55,444 bases of DNA, from assembly GCF_001194135.2 (NCBI RefSeq), contig NC_068993.1, positions 11,683,191 to 11,738,634 of the forward strand, written 5' to 3'. Position 1 is the first letter of the stretch. The number at the start of each line of letters is the position of its first letter. The notes under the pieces were generated by a model. That model was given only the letters and a program-made list of their open reading frames with translations, was not told the origin of the DNA and searched no databases. This document shows, piece by piece, positions 1 through 12,805 of the stretch. This DNA comes from Octopus bimaculoides (taxonomy: Eukaryota). A program made the translations under genes and the position numbers.

Positions 1-799
1 TATATATATATATATATATATATATCTGTGTGTGTATGTATATGTATGTACGTATATGTTATATATACATATATAAGTATGTATATATGTTATATTTGTG
101 TTTTCTGTGCTCTGTTTATGTTCTGTTTCTCATTTTGTCCACGTTTTTCTTTTGTGACCTCCTGTACTGATTAGAGTCTTGCAGAATGCAGATTAAACTA
201 TGGTTAACCCAGAAGTAATATTTAGGGGTGAATGCATTTTGTGCGAACCACTCAAGTAATTGGTTAATAGTTACATATAATGTCAAAACTAGTTTAGAAC
301 GCTAATGTTTAGAAAGATGTTTAGGTACATCGCATGAGTGCGGTGAGTGAGCAGATACAAAATGTTTAATTTCTCATTATATCAATTCTGCCGTCAACCC
401 AATAGTCATTGGTTCCGCTATTAGTATGTATCAGAATAATATTGCTCATATTAATGAAGTGTACATTTACCTAGCACTGCTACTGGTGCTGAAATATGCG
501 TATTCCTTGTATTATTATAGTTGTGCCCATTGACAATATGGCTTTTAAGAAGAAATTGCGCATCATCTTAGAATCAGAGTTAAATATAATTCTTCAGATG
601 CTTTGTCATCAAGTATACTGAACAAGATGATCATAAAGACAGCAGTTGCTATCACGACGCAGTCATTCACAATTCTGTCATGGTAATGGTATTGATGACA
701 AACAAAACGACGACGTCGATGATTGGTGATGATGATAAGGATGATAATGATGAGTACAATGATGACGAAGCGTAAATGATTGGGTTGATAATAATCTGA

Positions 800-1960
800 T
801 TACTATAACTCCTGGTGTAATTTTCCTATCCATATTATTATAAATATCTTATTTCTTTTCAATGAAAATTGATTCTGATTCAGATGACGCCTTATAGAAC
901 ATATGTACGACACATCCATGATCGACCACCATATTAGATCCGATTCCCAGTCTTTGTTTTTTTTTTTAATAGTGAGACACAGCATTTACCTAACTGAAAC
1001 ACAAAGAACAATTTGGCACATTGTAGTTAACGGCAAATCTAGTAATGTATATAACATCACACCTTCTATTTTGTTGACCGACAGGTATATTTGTGCCAAC
1101 TGTAGTTTGTGATTCAAGGGAAACAGGTAGTATGCTTCTCTACCAGAGCTGTGGTAGTTGATGTTTTCTTACACTTAACCTGTAATATATCCCGGAACCT
1201 CAAAACATTATTTGGAGTGTAGGAGATTTCCGATGCCTTTACTAACTTGTAGATGTAAGTATTCTTCCTTGATGTTTGTTTTAAATATATACGAGGCCGT
1301 ATAGCAGTGTTCTACACTCTTCATGGCTGCCGGTGTGCGTACTTATTTGAAAGCGCGAGTTCATGTTGGCCAAATTCATGTGCTCTCAAGCTTGTCGCAC
1401 ACGTGGTCTAAGTGTCTCATTTGTTTCATTTTCAGTATATTCTTGCACTATATCTTCTCACAACCTACTGTAAAATGCTTCTTGTAACCAAATATTGACG
1501 TTGTTTTTTCCCGATTATATCTTCTCCGATTGATATGAATGTAGTACAGACATAGTATACAGATGCTAGATCGTTCGCTTTCTTGTGGAACGCCAAGTTC
1601 TGTGTGTGATTAATGTCCTCTATTGTTACATCATGAAAGTGAGGTTGGCACGTGTAGTAGTTGGTGTATTGTTTTAGCGCCTAATAAGTGAGTGATTGAT
1701 GGACCAATATGGGAATGTTTTCAGATTTATGGGTGGACATAAAATGTAAGAGCGATGCTATCTGCTGACGAAGTTGGTTGGGGTGTACTGTTTCAATAGA
1801 CGTCTAAGATGTATTGAACGTTTATGCTATGAAGGAAGAGTTTCTTGTCGCTCTCAGTTCTGGAAATTATGTATAATGGTTGCATTATTTCAATGCAGAA
1901 TGTCTTGCTGACAGCAAAACGTATTTCTCAATAATGTTTATGTGATATTTCTTATGTTGT
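800..1960 (-). mobile_element. Decayed Penelope-like element (probably Neptune-type): RT C-terminus/thumb, linker and GIY-YIG region
   Basis: Manual minus-strand translation across frameshifts gives PLE-like motifs in the expected order: FHDVT..KKANDLASVYYV (from 1638; cf. FLDVT..KPND.P.YV), ELALSNKY, KTNIKEEYLHL (cf. KTNIG..FL.L), ISYTPN (cf. ISYSC.PN), PLNHK..IY and LIWWSIMD (cf. I.WSI.D). Many stop codons. Confidence 0.6.
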
Positions 1961-2069
1961 TATTTTATATTCATTTAATAAGCGAGTACTGGGAAGAGTC
2001 AACACATTCCTGACATACTGGTTTCGGTAGTGTACCTTTCTATATTTGACAATACCTTTTTTGTTTGTA

Positions 2070-2485
2070 GCTGTTTCATTTTATAGACGGTGGCCTTTAC
2101 GGGGAACCGCGTTGCATTTTCAGTCAAACAGTTGACTGCAGTAGCTTGTTTTTAAAGAATGGTATATATTTTATCAGGTTTTTTTGCCGAAGAGCTATAT
2201 TAGAGGTCGTAAAAAAAAAATCACCGCCGTTTGTCAGACGGTGATGAGAGTCAAATATAGTCACAAATGACACTCACACACACACACACACACACATATA
2301 CATACGTACGCGGGCTCACATATTTGCGACCGACATCTTCCAATTTCCGTTTACCAATTCCACTGACACACTTCAGTCGGCCCGAGGTCATAGTAGAAAC
2401 ACTTGCATATATGCCAGGCAGTGTGACTGTCTCCAAAAGCATGGCGTTGGGAAAGAAACGTCATATTACTCAGCCACGCATGCGC
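2070..2485 (-). mobile_element. tRNA-derived SINE, family B (internal CA/TA microsatellite), degenerate
   Basis: Collinear with copies at 11215-11915, 38110-38330, 43338-43570 and 49700-50080; for example GTCGGCCCGAGGTCATAGTAGAAACACTTG matches CTCAGCCCGAGATTATAGTAGACCACACTTG at ~49975. Confidence 0.8.
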
Positions 2486-2522
2486 CTGGTTTCGGACGTT
2501 TTCGTAATATTTTGGAGGTGTT

Positions 2523-2742
2523 TAAGTCGGTGAACTGGCAGAGTGGTTAGCACGCCGAGTAAAGTGCCATGCAATGTTATGTTCATCTTTACGTCCTCGG
2601 TTCAAATGCCGCAGGGGTTGATTTTGCTCCTCATCCTTTCGGGGTCAATAAAATTAGTACCAGTCGAATACTGAAGTCGATGAAATCTACTTACTCCACC
2701 CTCGAAATTGCAGGCATCGTGCCAAAACTTGAGATCAACGTT
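2523..2742 (+). mobile_element. tRNA-derived SINE, family A
   Basis: Head TAAGTCGGTGAACTGGCAGAGTGGTTAGCACGCC, B-box-like GGTTCAAATG, and body CATCCTTTCGGGGTCAATAAAATTAGTACCAG shared with copies at 33.5-34.1 kb and 38.8 kb. Confidence 0.85.
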
Positions 2743-4159
2743 TTCGAATTGTATGGTAGATAACTATAGTAGTGGACTTAATCGATATTTCTTGTTAAAA
2801 ATCAGAAATATCTTGGTTGGTAACAGCAAAGGTGTCAAATGTAGGATTTCCTTATGGCGGCAAATAAAGCGCCCCTTTTATGCTTGAACATTTTGGTGAT
2901 TTACTAGCGATGGTACAAAGATTTATAGATAGCCCTGACGGCAATTATGTTGATTTGTGTTGTGCTTTGAGGAAATAATGTATTCTATTATTGGTCCATG
3001 TTGAGTGGAAAGAAAGACACAAGAAGAAATTCTACTGGATTACGGATATTGTGCACGACGTTTTCCTTGTAGTAAGTTGGATAAACCTGATGAGAGTTGT
3101 AACTACTATGTATTACGTTTTATTGCGTCTTCTGGCTTATTTTGTGACTTATGTTGATTACAAACTTCAGCCAATTTTCTGCTTCTTCTTTTTTTCCAGA
3201 TAATTTCTTTGTTGTTTCCTAGCTTAGTTGATTCATTTTGAGATTTATTTATGGTGTGTGCTATGATGGTGTGTTCGGTTTTAGATTATTCCCAAACGTT
3301 TTCTACCTTGTTTATGCCATTTAATGTCACTCATATGATAAGCACATGTACGCACACATATGTATACACACATACACATATGTATGTATGCATGTATTTA
3401 TATATATATATATATATGTATAGATATACATACATACATACACACACGCACGCACAAACACGCTCACATATATATGCGTATGCATGTATGTATGTATGTA
3501 TGTATGTATGTATGTTTTAGATATATAACAAACAACGTTTGCTCTTCAGAAAATATATTCTAGTATACTTCACAACTTTACAGCGTTTGCATTACTATAC
3601 AGGCATACATGTATCAATACATACATATATACACACATACATGCAAACACAAGACACACAACGCACACACATATATATATTTATATGTGTGTTTACGTAT
3701 GAGTGCGTGCTCACTCGCGTGTGCCTTTGTGAGTTTATTCTAATTCTTTAATGTGTAAACTTACCTCATTGGAGGGATGTACTCCAATATTTACGCAAAT
3801 ATTTCATTGGCTGCGTTCATATTTGTCAACAGTAATCTGATATTTCATGCCATGTGTTTCTGCTGTTTGTGGTGATATTGGCAAGACGTTTTCAGAAATA
3901 ATCTCCAGTGTATTGTATTAACGGAATGCACTGAATAGAAAGCGATATTCGAGGAGTCTCTAGTGAAATTTAAAATTGTTAAACGTCGCGTTGTCCATGG
4001 TTTTATAATATAACGAACGTTTATAGATGTTCAGTTGCGAATCTGTTGTTGCAACTCTCATGTTATCTGCATTGGTCATTTACCATGTTGTTTTGAAAGT
4101 ATTGAAATATCGCCTAATGTTTGCGTTTGAAAATATGTGCCAATGTCTTTATGTGCAAG

Positions 4160-4450
4160 CGCGTAAATTAGGGCTTGTGGTATTCGGCTCACAAGCGTAA
4201 GGTTGTGTCCTTAGGCAAGATAGTTTTTTCACGTTACTCCAGCCTATCCAGTTCGTAAAATGGGTGGTACCTGTATTTCAAAGAGCTAGCCTCGTGATAT
4301 CCTGTGTGATGTTGAATCTCTTTCAGAACTACGATAAGCGTACGCATGTTTGTGGAGTCATCGGCCAGCTGCACGTTAATTTCACGACCTAGCTATACTG
4401 TTGAACAGATCAAGTGGATCTCTCTTTCTCGTATCCGACGGAAAGCCAGT
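4160..4450 (+). mobile_element. SINE with CORE-like body (CCTTAGGCAAG..GTAAAATGGG) and the 3' tail of the 48.0-kb SINE
   Basis: 4270-4447 aligns with ~48210-48385 (TGTAWTTCAAAG..AGAACTACG..TGTGGAGT..ACGTTAATTTCACGA..GACGGA). Confidence 0.7.
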
Positions 4451-7285
4451 TTTTATGCTTCGTGTTGTCAGATTTGTTTATTAACATTTCTGGTATGTTT
4501 GCTTGTAATTTGATATATCTATGTAATGTATCCATGGTTATATGTAAGTGAAGCGCCTGTTGGTATCGAAGCAATACCTCTAGTGTCTGTGGAACTTGAA
4601 ATCACTGCCAATGATTCCTCGAAATAAATGAGTAATGCGATTCGTTATACATTGCTATATATTAGACCATTTTATTGTTTTAGCAACTGCACCATTTCAC
4701 CTCACAGTTAGCTTAATTTGAGCGGACCTTGATAAAGCATTTTCTAGTTCATAGCACTTAATACTTCATATTTTATATCTTCAAGTTTTTCTCCTACGTA
4801 AAAGTTCCTTTTAATTTAAATTTGAGATAACAGCGTCTGATTTGGAGAAGATTTTACTGCTATTACGCGAAGATCCCCTATCGGAGATGTTCATTTGAAG
4901 TTTGTGTCTGCGTTGTTAGTTTCCAAATATTCTGCGAAGTTGCTGTATGCTGGGATTTTATATTTGCCTTCTGAATTTGTATTATTTTGTTTTGTTTATC
5001 TCATGTAGGCAAACAACTGAGATCTTATACTTAGCATGATTAGCATCCAGTATGATTGTTGTTTAGAATCATTCGGCAATGATGATCGATGTATTTTTCT
5101 AAATAAATTCGCTCAGATTTGAGGCTACGGCGTTCGACCATCATTATTGTTTTCCTTATTAACTTTCCCTCGTTCTATGTATATTATATTATGACTAGGT
5201 TATCAAGTATATTCATGCATTTTAAGCTGTTACTATGAAATGTTAATGCAGTTTCTATCAGGTGAAGTGAATGCATACAGCCTCTCGAGTCGGCTTGATT
5301 AATGAGGTTTAATGTAAAATGAGATAGAGCGTCTATTTGCTGTTGCATCTGCATCAATTACTGTTCTTTTTCTTTTCATCGACGTTGTCACTGACATCGT
5401 TATTGTTATTACTAAGCTCATTTTATTTAATGTCCTTGCAAGCTGCCGTGAGAACCATAAAAACAGCCTTTGTTATTCCTGTATGAACCCTCTTATAGAA
5501 TTCACAGCAACGTTAATCTGTTTATTTTCTAATACAATATTTCAATATATCTCTGTCATACGATAAAAATTTCGTAAGCAAAATTTCCACTTTTTCCCCT
5601 TTCATATGAGGTTATTTCGTGCAAAGCAAAGTGAACCCATCGTTGAATTGAATTTACTATAAGCCATTTTCTCAATAACCTCTAATCACATATCTTACTC
5701 TAAATGATCTTCGCATGGGAAGTCTGGTCAGAATCTCACAACAAATTCAATATATTGCGTATCAGTTATAAATGTTCTTAAAGCTTATCGCATTAAAATT
5801 CACCTGAGAAAGGTGGATATTTTATTAAATATAAATCATTGTTATTTATATAATTTACTACTTTTCTTAATGTACTGAAAATATTTTGTTTTTGCTTCAT
5901 TTACATGAAACTATACGGTTAGAAGCACTCAGACAATGTCTCTAGTGTGAAGCCTCTTTGTCTTTCTCACATTATCGAATTCATGTAAAAGATAAGCATC
6001 ATTGTGCTTCGGCCTGTAGCTAAGCTATCTAAATTAAATTTAACATATTCCATACACGGAGTAGGTGTACAGCAAATATTTAATACCAGAAAATAATGCA
6101 TACTATTGACGTGTAAATATTTGATATACTTGGCAGTATATTTGGTTGGTAAAACTAAGTACTCTGTCCTTGCCAGCAATTGATATGTACGTACCGATTG
6201 CCAGGAAATGTTTAATATGTAAATTTGTAGCCACTTAACACTGATATTAGGTATTTAAGCAATTAGCACGTGGATAGTTGGATGCGGTGCTGATGAAAGA
6301 GCAATAATGTTTGAAAAATGTATATACACCCGTTAACTATTTTTTTCTATTTCTGATTGCATTGTTTATGTAGAAGTATCCGTATAACATCATAAAGTGC
6401 ATTACTGGCTGTGAGTTGTGTAGAAAGTCTATAGGGATAAACATAAGTGAGAATACCGCAATGCTAACACAAAATAAGACACATTATTGGCATATAAACA
6501 TTTAATCCTTTAATATACTTGGTAATATATTATAATCACAAAAGGATATACTGTGTCCTCACAAGCAATTAATTAGAAAATGTTTGTGATATATCCAGTT
6601 TGAGATCAATCGACTGATTAATTGAATACTGCCATATAGGTAATGTTCTGGATAAGGAATTACATATTTTCACGCGTAAAAAAAATTATAACTAATTATA
6701 TTTTTTCCAGTCACAATTTTTTTCTTTTCTTGCAGCTTTCTGTTTTACGCTTCTTGTCTATATACCTACTTCTCTTTCTCCCTCTTGTTCAATCTCTCTC
6801 TCTCCCTCTCTCTCTCTCTCTCTATCTATTTTTCTATGCTCGCACACTCGGATGTAATAAACATGATGTACAATAATGGCAGGCAAATAATTGTACAAAG
6901 TAATTGAAGAATACGTAACACGTAAAACGTCTGAGGCATTGGAATTATTTATATTCAAGCTGAAAACATTTTTCTTGCTACTTATGTTGGTGTTTGAGAC
7001 TTTTTCAGTTGTTATATAAACACTGAGGATTGCTTGCTTGGCTTTGAATTTTGAGTAATGTAAAAGTAGATAACTTTAACAATAATGTTTACGCATCTAC
7101 GCATAGTCTCACACCGCCAGTATATATATGTACATATATACACATATTCATGTATATACAATATGAAATATGCATATAAGACACATATATATGCATATGT
7201 ATATATATATGCCTATATATATATACGAATATGTATATGTATATACGTATATATATACATATATACGTATGTAACTTATAAGCAT

Positions 7286-7333
<48 letters not shown>

Positions 7334-9224
7334 GTACATATACATTCGGACACACACATATGTGTATATAATTCAGTTAATGTGGCAAAAGTATGTTAAA
7401 ACTGTTAGTTATGATATACTTTTACGGTATTGTGCTAATTATATTGATATCGTTTCCACTAAGTACTTGGACACAATTTTGTACCAACGGTTTAGAAAAG
7501 AAATTGAATCGACTGTAATAAATACCACGTACTTATTTTATCGACTCTTAAACGTAGTCAGGAAAAATCGACTGTAGCTAGAATTCGAAAGACGTAAAGA
7601 TACGAGATAAAGTATGCTATAACATTGATTTATGTATCCAAATTTTCTAGGTTTGAAAACTGTAGTAATGTCATCATATACATACACTGCAATGAATCAG
7701 AGTTTAGCAGACTATTCAAATATTGTTATATTTCTTCTATTCGACAAAATAATGGTCTGTTCCGAAAACAGCTGTACTCTTCAGATTTTTATTACCGTTG
7801 TCTGTGTGAAACTAATCAGAATCTCTATATCAGTAAACGGAAATAATTCGTTTTTAGCGTTGTCTTTATTTCAAACAAAATTCTTTACTAATGCCAGAAA
7901 TATTGTGTGTTTGTGTTTGTGTGTGTTTCTCTCTCTCTCTCTCTTTCTCTCTCTGTATGTGTGTGCGTGTGTGTGTTTTTTTGTGTGTATGTGTGTATGT
8001 GTGTATGAGTTTGTATGTATATGCATTTTGTTTCAACCAGCATTAACGGGCTAAGTGTCAACGAGGGCAAAGGGAAGAGGCAGCAGATATATCACGTGCA
8101 CTGATCCGTAATCCCAACATCTGCGGACTGCTTTGAAAATCCTTGGCGGGACTCAAATGTCACATTCAGCATAAGCATTATGATTAACAAAAAGACAGTA
8201 GGTTGTCGGATCCTCATGCGTCGAAACCCACAGAAAACTCCACTATATATGATGGTACGATTTCTCTGTTAATTAGCTTTTCAAATTGACATATATATTT
8301 CAGTATAGTAATTTATCGATCACAGCATCTCTGTTAATTCGCGAGCATCTTTTCTCTCAGATACTATAAAGCGACACACTTCGAACGTGCTTCTACATTT
8401 AAGCACGTACGTACAGCAGCTGTTTACATAACTTGAGCATACAGGTTATCATAGATAAGTTTTGATTCAAATCTTGGAAGCAGACGAACATATTCAAAAA
8501 GTGAATGGAATTTCTTTTCTCATCTTCTATTATACGTGCATATATTTCTCACTTCATTAGTAACTCTTTCTCTCTCTGCGTCTTCCTCTCTTATATATAT
8601 ATAACTACCACCGCTGAAAGGGCATGCCTGTTGTTAAGGTCACCATAAAGCAGAAAATGAACCAAAATATAGAATCATCTGAATGCAAGCGGCGTCCATT
8701 TTAAATTCAACATCTTTTTAATTATAAATGCAGTTGATGGCCTTGAAATGGAAAAGCATTGCGTCAATCGATACCTATCAAAAGTAAGCATGCTTGTTTA
8801 AAGTGCGCTTGCTTGGACTCAAACAGAATGACATGCTCACACGTAAACTAGAAGCACAACAACAAACGCACATACATATACACAATTTAGAGGTATGGTG
8901 TTAGCTGGTAAATATAGCGTAAAAGAATGCAAACACCATAGTTAGATGTACATGTGATAAACACTCACCCTATTTTGAACACAAAAACTAAAAAAACATA
9001 TATTCATTGGTGCATACATTCATACATACATACATACATACATACATACATACACATACACACACATCTATATGTGTATCTCTATTCTTTTATTCTTTTA
9101 CATGTTTCAGTTATATATTTATATATGCATATTTATATTTTATATGTATAGAAGTAGAAGGACCCGGTTTCACTCGGGTTCTAACTCATAGCCTTAACAC
9201 ATTACGCTTTGCTTGTAGTCTAAT

Positions 9225-9440
9225 TTGACCTCTTCCTTCTAGACATGGTTTGGTAAATATTTTGTAAAAGACCTGTTCGTACCTTGGCGTGAAATAATTT
9301 CTTTCCATGGGTTTTTCGAGTGCATTCAATGTACATGACCTCCAAATCCGTCCCAAGCAACTTTTTTCCAAAAGAGAAGGAGGGAGAAGCGTGGTGTGGT
9401 CCTCGGAGTTTCCCACCAACGGAGTTTTTTTTAGGGTTTT
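9225..9440 (+). mobile_element. Decayed Tc1/mariner (Tc3-like) transposase fragment
   Basis: Plus-strand reading WREIISFHGFSSAFNVHDLQIRPKQLFSKREGGRSVVWSSEFPTNG resembles the Tc3-type motif W..VIFSDE...YWHDLR....FSKR..GG.SVMVWGAF..NG. Confidence 0.55.
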
Positions 9441-10318
9441 TAGTTTTTTCTTCTCCAAGCGTAGCTGTAATAATTCTTTTTTTTGTTGGTGCCAGACATC
9501 GTTACAATGGTAGATGCTAGACAGAATAGTTGACAGAATGAAGAAAGAATGATAGAGTAAGAGAGAGAAAGAGAGGAAGTACAATGAGAAGTTAGACATG
9601 GAACACACCTCTAAAAAATGGTAATAATTCGTGTAGCCGTTTTCGCGTGAAAACCGAATACACACATAGCTAGATGTTAGATGGGCATATATATAGATAG
9701 AGAGTTATCGATAAATATATAGATAGAAAGATAGATAGATAAAGAGCCACAGTTTCTTCGTCCGACATACATGTGCGTGTGTAGAAAGCCGCGGTTGTTA
9801 AGTGAGTACCGGAAGTTGACATTGGAAATCATTTTTAAAGAAGTTAATCTTACATGAAGTAATATTATTTATTTTTAATAAAGAAATAAACGAACACTAT
9901 TATATATCCGACGTGAAATTATTCAAGCACACCAAGTATGGAACCAATCGCGCAGCCGTTTTCCCGTGAAAATCGTATACCCCAACACACAGATCTATTT
10001 CATACATAAGATATATATATATANNNNNNNNNNNNNNNNNNNNNNNNNNNNNNNNNNNNNNNNNNNNNNNNNNNNNNNNNNNNNNNNNNNNNNNNNNNNN
10101 NNNNNNNNNNNNNNNNNNNNNNNNNNNNNNNNNNNNNNNNNNNNNNNNNNNNNNNNNNNNNNNNNNNNNNNNNNNNNNNNNNNNNNNNNNNNNNNNNNNN
10201 NNNNNNNNNNNNNNNNNNNNNNNNNNNNNNNNNNNNNNNNNNNNNNNNNNNNNNNNNNNNNNNNNNNNNNNNNNNNNNNNNNNNNNNNNNNNNNNNNNNN
10301 NNNNNNNNNNNNNNNNNN

Positions 10319-10363
<45 letters not shown>

Positions 10364-11214
10364 CACACACACACATACATACATACGTTTATACATGTAT
10401 AATATTGCAATACAAATGTATTACTTTCCAGTAAACTAAAGCAACATAAAGGTAGAAGTATAAATATAGAGTAGTGGTACAACAAGGCCCCAATATTTAC
10501 TAGAAATAGCAGTCGATATATTTACGACGCTATAGTAAAGCTTCACTGCGTACACAATTTTATTCTTTTATACTTTTCAGCCCTAAATGTGTGGGCATGC
10601 AGGGGCACCGTCAGTTATTCTACTTAGACATACACACATATATACACAATTATTTACTGAGGCATATGAATAGAGGGGTATGCGAATATGGAAGTGTAGA
10701 TACATATATACGCATGCGTGTGTAGGTGATGGATGTTGATGTACTTTATGCCACTTTTCGTTTCCCATTCGTTATTATTACAATTTAGATCGGAGTTTTC
10801 TTTCATTTCATTGTCAGGGGAACACTTTCAAAGAATTCCTTTAATATTCGTGCCAAAGAGTTTTGTAAGAATATCCAGAAATTTCTTTGATCATCTTGCC
10901 TTATTAAATACATCACTGGTGTTAAATTGTATCTACCAATTTTTGTGTGATGATTTTTAACAACCGAGCGAATGGACACTAAAGTCCCACTTTTAATCCC
11001 AAAATTTCTTCAGATTGATAGAAATACATATCATTTGAATAGCCCTTACATTTAATTCAATCTATTTTTATTTCTCTTTCTTTTTGCATGTTTTTAATGT
11101 AGCTCTTTCATGTTTTCGACTTTCTCGCTATTATGATGTATTTCAAAGTTACAACAAGACAAGTAGAAGGAAATCTGAGAATATACTTTAAAATAGGCGA
11201 AAACCTGTTGGTGT

Positions 11215-11915
11215 CTTTAGACGTTTGCTTCTCGACCGCAATGGTGCAGGTTCGAGGTTCAACGTGGAATTGGTTGGCGGAACCTGAGAGAAGCTCTTCG
11301 GGTATATGTGTACACCCCNNNNNNNNNNNNNNNNNNNNNNNNNNNNNNNNNNNNNNNNNNNNNNNNNNNNNNNNNNNNNNNNNNNNNNNNNNNNNNNNNN
11401 NNNNNNNNNNNNNNNNNNNNNNNNNNNNNNNNNNNNNNNNNNNNNNNNNNNNNNNNNNNNNNNNNNNNNNNNNNNNNNNNNNNNNNNNNNNNNNNNNNNN
11501 NNNNNNNNNNNNNNNNNNNNNNNNNNNNNNNNNNNNNNNNNNNNNNNNNNNNNNNNNNNNNNNNNNNNNNNNNNNNNNNNNNNNNNNNNNNNNNNNNNNN
11601 NNNNNNNNNNNNNNNNNNNNNNNNNNNNNNNNNNNNNNNNNNNNNNNNNNNNNNNNNNNNNNNNNNNNNNNNNNNNNNNNNNNATATTATATGTATGTAT
11701 GATTGAGCATGTTTTGTGTTCTGTTTGTGGCTCTCCCCAATTATCACTTGACAACAGGTGCTGCTTTATTTAGCTCACGTGAACGGCCGGATAATAAAAA
11801 GGTTTCAGAAAATCAGGACTGGAGCCGATTTGTTCGACCAAACTATTGAATGCGATGCTCCAGCTTCGCTGTAGTTTATATGACTGAGACATGCATAAAA
11901 GACAAAAGATATTAC
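11215..11915 (+). mobile_element. SINE family B copy interrupted by an assembly gap (11319-11683)
   Basis: Head remnant (GCAGGTTCGAGG, GGAACCTGAGAGAAGC) lies before the gap. After it comes the family-B 3' half (CACTTGACAACAGGTGCTG..GATTTGTTCGAC..GATGCTCCAGC..ATGACTGAGAC..AAAAGACAAAAGA). Confidence 0.7.
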
Positions 11916-12635
11916 GAACAGAATCCTATAACTCAACGTGAAGTTCTATAAGTAGTTCAGTTGTGGTGTGGAATTACGTTTGTACCTTTTTATAAAATTC
12001 ATCAACTTGAATGATGGCAGTAACTATCTCCTCGTTTTCCAGTATACCTAGTTCCTACTCAAGGTATATTCGTTCTCTCTCTTTTGCAAAAACATTCGTT
12101 CAAAAACTTTGTTTACATCGTCATTATTTTCCTACGAACTTCAAAGCAGCGGCCGTTCAAATGGAAGAGAAATCAAAGTATATGAGCTCACTTTTTGTGT
12201 TTATACATCGCTGAATACCCGTACACCTTACTCTTTGTCTGTATGGCATCCTGCGAATGATACAAAATGGACTCGTTCCTCTCACTTTTTACCAAATTCT
12301 TAGCATGCATTTTCTATGAAAACAAGGCGGGTTGCAGTGAACATTATAACCGTTATAAGTTACTCGACAGTTCCTTCAAGTTCATTTGATATCATTAAGA
12401 AGTAAAGTGTGTTACATATGATGTAGTAGTGTCTACTAGCTATAGTTGTAGACACTACTACAATCTTGATAAGAAGTTCGAACAGGACTTAGTGTTGTGT
12501 ACTGGTACAAGAAACATCGTATAAAAGTAACCCATTGAAAGATAAATGCTAGCAGTCGGCCTAAGAATGGAATTGAACTTGCGACAGGATTGCGTCCCGT
12601 TCGTATGCATGACGTGTATTCTTGGTCACGTAATA

Positions 12636-12716
12636 ATACGATTGTCCACCTCCCTCAAAATTTCAGGCCTTGCGCCTATAGTGGAAAAGACCATTATTGT
12701 TATTATTATAATTATA

Positions 12717-12791
<75 letters not shown>

Positions 12792-12805
12792 GTTATTATT
12801 ATTGT
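12636..12805 (+). mobile_element. 3' fragment of SINE family A followed by (ATT)n
   Basis: CGATTGTCCACCTCCCTCAAAATTTCAGGCCTTGCGCCTATAGTGGAAAAG matches the family-A end at 38895-38945, then runs into ~110 bp of (ATT)n. Confidence 0.7.

Noticed and set aside
2005-2050. Minus-strand GGTA-CAC-TACC-GAAAC..GTC resembling the 3' half of a hammerhead
   Set aside because: No CUGANGA strand and no stem I.
3762-3930. Strong minus-strand donor GAG/GTAAGT with an upstream acceptor
   Set aside because: All three frames contain stops; at most a non-coding exon, with no support.
6280-6335. CTGATGA...GAAA hammerhead-like spacing on the plus strand
   Set aside because: Stem II is mostly G-U pairs, stem III is mismatched and the stem I register is ambiguous; cannot be distinguished from chance.
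9283-9516. Apparent 234-nt minus-strand exon (good acceptor, AAG/GTACGA donor) within the 159-aa ORF 9186-9665
   Set aside because: The opposite strand matches a Tc3-like transposase motif series, which explains the composition. The peptide has no recognisable homologue.
9765-9820. ETS-like ACCGGAAGT (9808-9816) with nearby donor-like sites on both strands, suggesting a promoter
   Set aside because: A single short motif between repeat remnants, with no supported downstream gene.
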